Assembly (NCBI GenBank): GCA_951813255.1 | Contig: OX638353.1 | Location: forward strand, 3,084,782-3,148,781 | Reading direction: 5' to 3' | DNA length: 64,000 bases | Source: an uncultured Dehalococcoidia bacterium | GTDB taxonomy: Bacteria > Chloroflexota > Dehalococcoidia > Lucifugimonadales > JAAXIE01 | Shown: positions 36,360 through 43,434 of the stretch, in pieces | Position numbering within the stretch: the stretch's first letter is position 1 | Layout of the letters: every line of letters begins with the position of its first letter | Notes under the pieces: generated by a model | Seen by the model: only the letters and a program-made list of their open reading frames with translations | What the model was told of the DNA's origin: nothing | The model's database searches: none | Position numbers and translations under genes: made by a program

Positions 36360-39143
36360 TTACCCCAGCTGCGCCAGCAACTCCTCCAGTTGTTCCTTCC
36401 GCGTAAGGTGGGCCTGCTGCTGGTTTTCCATCCGCTGCCGCACCTCCGCGGGGGCCTTGGCGCGGAAATCCTCGTTGCCCAGTTGACCCGTCAGTCTGTC
36501 GATCTGCTTGAGGAGGTCGCTGTGTTCCTTCTCCAGCTTGATGCGGTCCTGACCTTCGGGCTTCGTGTCTGCTAGGGGCAGCCAGATACGGGCGCTGGCG
36601 TAGCCGTGGGCCTCAGCGCCTCCCGCATGGAAGAGAGCATACTGAGTGGTGTCCGTGCTGGGGGTGGCGCCTCCGGGCTGGACCACCGTTAGGTCCGATA
36701 TACGGGCCAAGCTCTTGATCGCCGCAGCTTCGGAGGATATTGCCTCGTAGAAGGATGCTGCCACCGCCGCTTGCACCTGCTCACTCGGCCCGTCGATGGC
36801 AACAGTGGCCTCGATTTGCTGTCCAGCGGGAATCTTCTCCTCGGCGCGATAGTTCCGCACTTGGGTGATGATGTCCTGTACCAGGTTCAACTCGGCCTCG
36901 ACGGCTGCGTCGATGGCAGCGCGTTCGGCCTTGGGATAGTCGGAGACCATGATGGAATCGGGCAGGCTTGCCGGGTTGGGGACATGAGGCTTGAGCCTCT
37001 GCCATATCTCCTCCGTGATGAAGGGCATGAAGGGGTGGAGCAGACGCAACGTCTGCTCCAACACGTGGGCAAGCACCGGCAGCGGGGACTCGGATTCAGG
37101 GTCCCGCAGACGCAGCTTGGCCAGCTCAATGTACCAGTCGCAAAACTCGTGCCAGATGAACTCGTACAGCTCGCGTTGAGCTTCACCCAGTTCGAAGTGT
37201 TCCAGATAACCGTTGACGGCGTCGGCGACCTGGTTCAAGCGACTGATTATCCAGCGGTCTTCACGGTGTGTCGGGGCCAGTGGGGAGGCGTGGCCATTGG
37301 AGGCATCAGCCCCCTCCATGCTCACCAGCAGGAAGCGCGAGGCGTTCCACAGCTTGTTGGCGAAGTTGCGGCTGGCTTCCAGCTTGCCATCGGTCAACCG
37401 CAGGTCGTTCCCCGGCGAAGTGCCAGTCGTGAGAGCGAAGCGCAGGGCATCGGTGCCATACTGGTCGACCAGGAGCAGGGGGTCCATGGCGTTGCCCCGG
37501 CTCTTGCTCATCTTGGCCCCGTTGGCGTCACGAATCAGGCCGTGCAGGTAGACAGTGTGGAAGGGCTCGTGGCCCATGTTCTCAATGCCGAGCATGATCA
37601 TGCGGGCTACCCAGAAGAAGAGGATGTCGTAGCCCGTCTCCATGACCGCAGTGGGATAGAAATAGTCCAAGTCCTCGGTGTTATCAGGCCACCCAAGCGT
37701 TGAGTGAGTCCACAGCCCGGAGCTGAACCAAGTGTCCAGCACGTCCTGGTCCTGCTCCACATTGGCAGAACCGCACTTGCTGCACTGCCCAATCTCATCC
37801 ACCGATGCCATCTCGGCCCCACAGGCACGGCAGTACCACACAGGAATCCGGTGGCCCCACCATAGCTGGCGGCTGATGCACCAGTCGCGTATGTTCTCCA
37901 GCCAGTTGAGATACACCCGGCCAAAGCGGTCAGGCACAATGCGGATGCGCCCTTCGGCCACGGCTGCATACGCCCGCCCAGCGATGGAGGCTGGGTCATC
38001 GTGGCTGCCCACGTTCAGGAACCACTGCACGCTGATCAGGGGCTCCAAAACACTGGAGCAGCGCTGGCACTGCCCCACGGAGTGGTTGTACGGTTCGACT
38101 TTTTCCAGCAGGCCTTCCCGCTCCAGTTGGGCCACGACTTCGCGACGCGCTTCGAAGCGGTCGTACCCTGCATAGGGCCCGCCCTCTGACGTGATGTGCC
38201 CGTTCGGCCCAATCACCGTTACCGCGGGAAGGTTGTGGCGCTGCCCGATTTCGAAGTCGACGGGGTCATGGCCAGGGGTGACCTTGAGGCATCCGGTGCC
38301 GAACTCAGGCTGTATGGCCTCATCGCCCACGATGGGTATGGAGCGCCCAATGATGGGCAGGGTCGCATCGCGCCCCACCAAGTGGCTGTACCGCTGGTCA
38401 TCCGGGTGCACTGCGACGCCCGTGTCGCCCAGCATCGTCTCGGGCCGGGTGGTGGCAACGGTGACGTGACCATCGTCGCCCCCGTCCTTGGAGGCCAGCG
38501 GATAACGGATGTGGTAAAGAGCGCCTTCGTGCTCCTCGTGCTCCACCTCAAGGTCGGAAAGGGCCGTGGAGCAGCGGGGACACCAGTTGATGATGCGCTC
38601 GCCACGGTAGATGAGGCCCTTGTTGTAGAGGTTGACGAAGGTGGTGCGGACAGCCTTGGCCGGGCCGGCGTCCAAGGTGAAACGCAGGCGGGACCAGTCG
38701 CAGGATGCCCCAAGGCGCTTGTGCTGCTCGTCGATGGTGTTCCCGTACAGTTCGACCCACTGCCATACGCGGTCCAGAAAGGCTTCCCGCCCCAGTTCCT
38801 CGCGGCTGGTGCCCTCGGAGGCAAGCTGGCGCTCCACGACCCACTGGGTGGCGATGCCAGCATGGTCCTTCCCGGGCAACCAGAGGGCAGAGTCGCCCAT
38901 CATGCGGTGCCAGCGGATGAGAACATCCTCCGTGGCTGCGGTGAGGGCATGCCCAAGATGCAGCTCGCCAGTCACGTTGGGCGGGGGCATAATCACCACG
39001 AAGGGATCCTTCCCCGACTCGATCTTGGGAGTGAACCAGCCGCCGTCCTCCCAGAGCTGGTAGATACGTGGTTCAACGTCGGCAGGGCTATAAGCCCGTG
39101 GAATATCCGCCCCAGGGCGCTCGTCAGGTCCTCGTTCTGTCAT
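36360..39143 (-). CDS. valS: valine--tRNA ligase
   Basis: 927 aa. PPPNVTGELHLGHA (HIGH) and KMSKS motifs, C-terminal coiled coil. Confidence 0.95.
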   Translation of the reverse strand: MTERGPDERPGADIPRAYSPADVEPRIYQLWEDGGWFTPKIESGKDPFVVIMPPPNVTGELHLGHALTAATEDVLIRWHRMMGDSALWLPGKDHAGIATQWVVERQLASEGTSREELGREAFLDRVWQWVELYGNTIDEQHKRLGASCDWSRLRFTLDAGPAKAVRTTFVNLYNKGLIYRGERIINWCPRCSTALSDLEVEHEEHEGALYHIRYPLASKDGGDDGHVTVATTRPETMLGDTGVAVHPDDQRYSHLVGRDATLPIIGRSIPIVGDEAIQPEFGTGCLKVTPGHDPVDFEIGQRHNLPAVTVIGPNGHITSEGGPYAGYDRFEARREVVAQLEREGLLEKVEPYNHSVGQCQRCSSVLEPLISVQWFLNVGSHDDPASIAGRAYAAVAEGRIRIVPDRFGRVYLNWLENIRDWCISRQLWWGHRIPVWYCRACGAEMASVDEIGQCSKCGSANVEQDQDVLDTWFSSGLWTHSTLGWPDNTEDLDYFYPTAVMETGYDILFFWVARMIMLGIENMGHEPFHTVYLHGLIRDANGAKMSKSRGNAMDPLLLVDQYGTDALRFALTTGTSPGNDLRLTDGKLEASRNFANKLWNASRFLLVSMEGADASNGHASPLAPTHREDRWIISRLNQVADAVNGYLEHFELGEAQRELYEFIWHEFCDWYIELAKLRLRDPESESPLPVLAHVLEQTLRLLHPFMPFITEEIWQRLKPHVPNPASLPDSIMVSDYPKAERAAIDAAVEAELNLVQDIITQVRNYRAEEKIPAGQQIEATVAIDGPSEQVQAAVAASFYEAISSEAAAIKSLARISDLTVVQPGGATPSTDTTQYALFHAGGAEAHGYASARIWLPLADTKPEGQDRIKLEKEHSDLLKQIDRLTGQLGNEDFRAKAPAEVRQRMENQQQAHLTRKEQLEELLAQLG

Positions 39144-39356
39144 GCTATTGCCTTCCGGCCCTTTGCCTTCCCATCAGAAAGAACCATGATACACCCAAGC
39201 TGTACGAGGAGGAACATTGTGCTATCTGGCCAGATACGCGCACACTGCGACATTTTGGTAGGCTTTGTGAGTGGCAGCCGGGCCTTCCTTAACCCGATAG
39301 GCGGAGGTTCAGTGGGACAGAACATCGCCTCCCAAATGCTCACCCGAGATAAATGA

Positions 39357-39569
39357 ATGCGCCGACACTTGCTGCCCATCGCTTTGCTCATAGCCATGGC
39401 CCTGCTGTGCTTCCTTGCCCTGTATTTGGTGATGGGTATGCTTGAAGGAGAGAACCACGATTCCTATTGGGAGGAACGAGGACTGGGTAACTGCAACCGG
39501 ATACATGCAGAGGTGAAGGGCGGTGTGTGGGTATATGAGTGTCGGGACAGACCTGATGACTTCCAGTAA
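39357..39569 (+). CDS. hypothetical small membrane protein
   Basis: 70 aa with an N-terminal TM helix (LLPIALLIAMALLCFLALYLVMGML). AT-rich region. Confidence 0.35.
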   Translation: MRRHLLPIALLIAMALLCFLALYLVMGMLEGENHDSYWEERGLGNCNRIHAEVKGGVWVYECRDRPDDFQ

Positions 39570-39572
39570 GCG

Positions 39573-39929
39573 CTACCCTCTCAGTGGGACGGACTCAAGC
39601 TCTTGATCTATGGGATTGACCTTGAATCCAAGAATCTCCAAAGACGTGGCCCCAAGTAGGACTTGAGTGTCCTCCGGCCCAAACCATATGGGGCACGGAG
39701 ACTTCTTACCCTGGCACTCTATCATCACCATGCCAACATCCCGCCACTCGATCGAGTCATTGCCAATTACTACCATATCCTTTTCAGGTAAGGGGTGGAC
39801 GCTCAGTTCATGCAACATAGTCGCAGGAGCCTTGGACTTGGTAGCTCCGGTATCGACCAACACCTCAACCTGTCTGGCCTCACCACCATTGACATTGGAT
39901 ATATGTATATACGTTACGACTGATCCCAC
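39573..39929 (-). CDS. stand-alone retropepsin-like (clan AA) aspartyl protease domain protein, second copy
   Basis: VLVDTGAT, CPIWFGPE and LLGATSLEILGFKVNP align with 15136-15486. GTG 39929 (AGGAAG/GAGGAG upstream) gives 118 aa, matching the paralog's 116 aa. The track ORF extends to 40196. Confidence 0.6.
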   Translation of the reverse strand: MGSVVTYIHISNVNGGEARQVEVLVDTGATKSKAPATMLHELSVHPLPEKDMVVIGNDSIEWRDVGMVMIECQGKKSPCPIWFGPEDTQVLLGATSLEILGFKVNPIDQELESVPLRG

Positions 39930-40322
39930 ACTTAAAGCTTCCTGCTCCTCATAATTGGATCGAGCGGGGTTCGACGTCGGCTGGGTTGTAAGCGCGTAGA
40001 ATGTCAGCGCTGGGGCGCTGCTCACACACACACGCATGGGGAACGCCGTGACGGAGGCATCACCCAGGAACGATGAACTAATGGCAAAGACTTCCGGCAA
40101 GGAAGCATGCAGGGCTGGACCATGGTTCATCTGGGGGCCTACCACCAAGAAGAAGAAGGATACGACCATAGTGGCGGCGACGGGCAGGTCTGGCATTGGG
40201 CCATCCTGTTACCCTCATGCGATACTCATACATTGGAGCGAGCATCGAGCTGAGGGAGCGCACCGTCACTTCGGAGCGCGAGAAATGGACCATCCCAACC
40301 GGATAACTGAGGATGATTTGTC

Positions 40323-41024
40323 ATGAAAACCATCACAAACAGGCGAGCTCTGGCAACGGTGACTCTGATTGTACTGATGGCAGGATCGATACTGGGATAC
40401 ATGGTTTATCTCAGTGGAGATCAAACGGTGTCTGCTCAAGAGGCAGGACGAACGGCCCTGGGCGAGCGCGACAGTCTGATCGACAGTCTCACCGAAAACT
40501 CCGTCCTATATCAGAAGTTCCAGCTGACTAGACAGTTGGAAGGTGACTATCCCAACGTGGTGACTCAAGAATCGTGGCAACAGGTGGACTCTGACGGTAA
40601 TATGTCAGCTGAGTACACCGAGACCCGAAACCAGAAGGGTGTGCTGGTCGCGACCTCCCGCAGTACAAGCGAGATCACCGTCTTCACTGACCTCATATCA
40701 GGTCGGTCAGAGGAAATGTCGTCTCTGGTAGGCAGTGATCTAACCTCATGGATAACCCACATCTGGACACTCCCGCAGATATTGGGGGATGGTGACTACA
40801 CATCCAGTGGTAGTGGGACGCTGAATGGTCAAAGCAGCAGCATCTATGAGACCACAGTCCGCCTACCAGCAGATGAGTTTGGACCAGCAAGGACGTTCAG
40901 GAAGGAAGTGGAGTTAGTCACCGACCGACCTCTCCTGTACAGACAATCCACATACGATCAAAGTGGAACCCTCTTAAATGAGACAACCTTGCTGAGCTAT
41001 AAGGTAGTGCAGGAAATGCCCTAG
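40323..41024 (+). CDS. hypothetical membrane-anchored or secreted protein
   Basis: 233 aa. N-terminal TM/signal anchor (ALATVTLIVLMAGSILGYMVYL), Ser/Thr-rich body, about 47% GC. Confidence 0.5.
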   Translation: MKTITNRRALATVTLIVLMAGSILGYMVYLSGDQTVSAQEAGRTALGERDSLIDSLTENSVLYQKFQLTRQLEGDYPNVVTQESWQQVDSDGNMSAEYTETRNQKGVLVATSRSTSEITVFTDLISGRSEEMSSLVGSDLTSWITHIWTLPQILGDGDYTSSGSGTLNGQSSSIYETTVRLPADEFGPARTFRKEVELVTDRPLLYRQSTYDQSGTLLNETTLLSYKVVQEMP

Positions 41025-41056
41025 AGAGTTCCCTGAACATAGTGTGCTGAACCTGT

Positions 41057-41099
41057 GGCGTCTGATATCAGCGATCACGTAACGCTGATATCAGACGCC
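41057..41099. terminator. perfect 17-bp inverted repeat between convergent genes
   Basis: GGCGTCTGATATCAGCG (41057-41073), 9-nt loop, CGCTGATATCAGACGCC (41083-41099). Each arm also contains the palindrome CTGATATCAG. Confidence 0.45.
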
Positions 41100-41391
41100 T
41101 CCACCAGCCCCTCCTCCGGTCAGACTCATGGGTGAACACCTTAGTACTGGATGCTCGACGCACTACCCCATGTTCGCGTACCCATAGTGTGAGTTCCTCA
41201 TATGGGATAGGTGGCCCACTCCACACCACCTCATTATTCTCTCGAGTCACGAAGACCTCTACCATGGCATCCTCTCCTGAGGGAAAGACTTCAGGGTTGA
41301 TCCACACAGGATCAGTGTCTTGTCCCATCTTCATCTGACCGCTCCTTACATCGACCAGTTGTTGACATCCAAACGGCCGGACAGATACCAT
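41068..41391 (-). CDS. hypothetical protein
   Basis: 107-aa ORF (possible internal start MKMGQDTDPVW). No motif recognised. Confidence 0.4.
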   Translation of the reverse strand: MVSVRPFGCQQLVDVRSGQMKMGQDTDPVWINPEVFPSGEDAMVEVFVTRENNEVVWSGPPIPYEELTLWVREHGVVRRASSTKVFTHESDRRRGWWRRLISALRDR

Positions 41392-41840
41392 TTGAAACGA
41401 GCCACCCTAGGTTGTGTTGGCAGGATTGGCTGCATACTAAGCAGTTCCCGCCTTGGGCCTAGGGTGGCTCTTCTGGATAATACACAAATGCTCAAGAACC
41501 CTGTCAAGCCCTGATATCAAATGACACCGAGAGAGAAAATCGAGTGTGTGATCCTAGGGATGTTCATTCTAGGATGTGTTGGATTCGTCTTGGCTTACCT
41601 AGGCGCTGCGTGGCTGTCAGTTCTGAGGCAGTGGACAGTATGGTGAGGGCATGATTACGCCGCCTCCGCTGCTGCACCTGCTCCGACCGAAGGAGCATTG
41701 GGTCGATGATGAGGTGTCCTACTGTACTGCCAAGGCCAACGCCCTGCGCCGGTACACCCACAAGGTGACGGAGTTCTCTCGGGAGCACTACCATCGTCGG
41801 CACAGTCGGAGATATCGGAGTTCCAGAGGCTCCACCCCGC

Positions 41841-42248
41841 GTGTCCGTGGAGACTCGCATCAACAGGGGTTACTCCGAGCGGGACTTGGACAACGCGATG
41901 GAGGCCATTCATTTCGCCCTGCTACAACAGGACGAGGTGGAGGACGCCGTTACGTCGTTTGACGACGGAACCATCGCGTCTCGCGTGGTGCTCTCCATCG
42001 GGACTCCAGCCGACAGCGCCCTCCGAGACCTGAGACGGTTGTCGGGGGAGATGCTGGTTCAAGACAAGTCCAACTTGGCCGACTACATCAGCGTCACCGT
42101 GGATGAGGTGGAGTCGACCGACGAACTCGGCGGAGAGGAGATCAGCAGTTACCACTATGGCGGTGAGGTGATCTCTGGATGCACGCCAGTACCGGATTTT
42201 TGCATTAATGCCCCCAACCCCTTGACAACCCCGAACCATATGTTCTAA
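41841..42248 (+). CDS. hypothetical acidic protein
   Basis: 135-aa ORF from GTG, followed by a terminator-like hairpin. No motif recognised. Confidence 0.4.
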   Translation: MSVETRINRGYSERDLDNAMEAIHFALLQQDEVEDAVTSFDDGTIASRVVLSIGTPADSALRDLRRLSGEMLVQDKSNLADYISVTVDEVESTDELGGEEISSYHYGGEVISGCTPVPDFCINAPNPLTTPNHMF

Positions 42249-42295
42249 CATACTCCTAGATGCACTAGAACAGTGCGTCAATTGCGCGCACTTGG

Positions 42296-42336
42296 GGACT
42301 GACCCCAAACAGGTCGGTCCCGGTGCGTCTTTTTTT
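42296..42336 (+). terminator. rho-independent terminator candidate
   Basis: GGACTGACC, 7-nt loop, GGTCGGTCC (one G-U pair), then a run of 7 T at 42330-42336. Confidence 0.45.
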
Positions 42337-42388
42337 GCCCGCATTCCTGCCGGGGCCACCACCAAAATCTCTTGGAGGTGCCCGCCCC

Positions 42389-43015
42389 ATGGACCAACAG
42401 CCCACGCACAACACCCCTTTTCGCTGCCGCCCCTGCGTCCTCATCTTCAGGCCCAGCCCCAACCCCACCATCGACGTCGTCCGTCTCCGCAAGTCCCTCA
42501 GTTACGACAACGACGTCTTCCGTTGCGCCCGCTGCGGCCTCCTCTTCAGCCCCCCAACCCTCTCTCACCTCTCCGTTCGTCCTGAAGTCGAAGGACACGC
42601 TCCTCAGCTACGACGTGAGACAAAAAAACCCAAGCTGAACAGCTACGAGCGTGAGACAAATGAGACCGCTTCCGCCCCCGAAAAAAAGTGCGCCAGCTAC
42701 GGCATAGGCCGCCCCTCGGCGCCTCGGTTCGTCCCGAATCGCCCCCCAAACTGCTTCTCCCAGATACGGCGTGAGACAGCAAAATCCAAGCTGAACAGCT
42801 ACGCACGTGAGACAGATGAGACAGGAAATAGCTACGAAAAACAAACTTTCAGCTACGACCGTTGTCTTACCCCTATCTGCAAGTCACCCCAGACCCGTCC
42901 CCAAAATCACGCCTCCCAGCTACGGCGTGAGACAGCAAAATCCAAGCTGAACAGCTACGCACGTGAGACAAGTGAGATCCGCCCCTCATTCCACACCTCG
43001 GAGGTGACAAGATGA
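42389..43015 (+). CDS. possible zinc-ribbon protein whose 3' half spans the repeat array (coding status uncertain)
   Basis: ATG 42389 with GGAGGTG RBS. N-terminus FRCRPC-x27-FRCARCG (CxxC...CxxC). The stop overlaps the terS ATG (ATGA). The C-terminal half is encoded by the 156-bp-period repeats. Confidence 0.35.
   Translation: MDQQPTHNTPFRCRPCVLIFRPSPNPTIDVVRLRKSLSYDNDVFRCARCGLLFSPPTLSHLSVRPEVEGHAPQLRRETKKPKLNSYERETNETASAPEKKCASYGIGRPSAPRFVPNRPPNCFSQIRRETAKSKLNSYARETDETGNSYEKQTFSYDRCLTPICKSPQTRPQNHASQLRRETAKSKLNSYARETSEIRPSFHTSEVTR
42603..42978 (+). repeat. array of three ~64-bp conserved blocks at an exact 156-bp period, each with two CAGCTACG-N2-3-CGTGAGACA motifs
   Basis: Full motifs start at 42605, 42640, 42761, 42796, 42917 and 42952. 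Degenerate half-sites at 42694, 42829 and 42850. 42765-42814 is identical to 42921-42970. Confidence 0.85.
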
Positions 43016-43434
43016 GTCGCAAGCAGGACCGGAAGAAACGCGCCTCCAAGAAGATTGCCAACAACACGGGGACCGTCTACGACGCCAGCCGCCGCTCAGC
43101 TAGCCAGCACAGGTTCCTCACTGCCCACCAGTTGGGTGCTCCCACCACGCAGGCCGCCCAAATCGCCGGAGTCTCCAGGGCCACCCTCTACCGCTGGCGC
43201 GATGAGGACCCCGAATTCGCCCAAGCCTGGCTCGAGTCCCGAGACAAGTCCATGGAGGACCTCGAGGTCGCAGCCTACAGGCGTGCCATCCAAGGCAACG
43301 ACCGCCTCCTCATGTTCCTCCTCAAGTCCCACATGCCCCTTACCTACAACAAGCGTCAACAGCCCATCACGCCTGACAAGTCCAAGAGCTTCAATTTCTC
43401 CGACATCGCCGAGAGGTTCCGCCAATGTCAGTAA
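43012..43434 (+). CDS. terminase small subunit-like HTH protein
   Basis: 140 aa with GGAGGTG RBS. HTH (TTQAAQIAGVSRATLYRWRDEDPEFAQAW) followed by an EDLEVAAYRRAIQGNDRLLMFLLKSHMP helical region typical of small terminases. Overlaps the terL start. Confidence 0.6.
   Translation: MSRKQDRKKRASKKIANNTGTVYDASRRSASQHRFLTAHQLGAPTTQAAQIAGVSRATLYRWRDEDPEFAQAWLESRDKSMEDLEVAAYRRAIQGNDRLLMFLLKSHMPLTYNKRQQPITPDKSKSFNFSDIAERFRQCQ

Noticed and set aside
36771-39356. 310-aa and 386-aa plus-strand ORFs
   Set aside because: Both lie antisense within valS (HIGH and KMSKS motifs on the minus strand). They are shadow ORFs.
39144-39356. T-box or other leader upstream of valS
   Set aside because: I could not find the conserved T-box sequence (AGGGTGGNACCGCG-like) or a specifier/terminator arrangement on the minus strand.
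41651-41962. 103-aa Arg-rich plus-strand ORF
   Set aside because: Very basic low-complexity C-terminal half (RRHSRRYRSSRGS...GRGGGRR) that overlaps the 41841 ORF. It may be a remnant, and support is insufficient to call it a gene.
42603-42978. Possible CRISPR array
   Set aside because: The repeat unit is 156 bp with two sub-motifs and partly homologous spacers. It does not show 25-40 bp repeats with unique spacers of similar length, and no cas genes are in the window.
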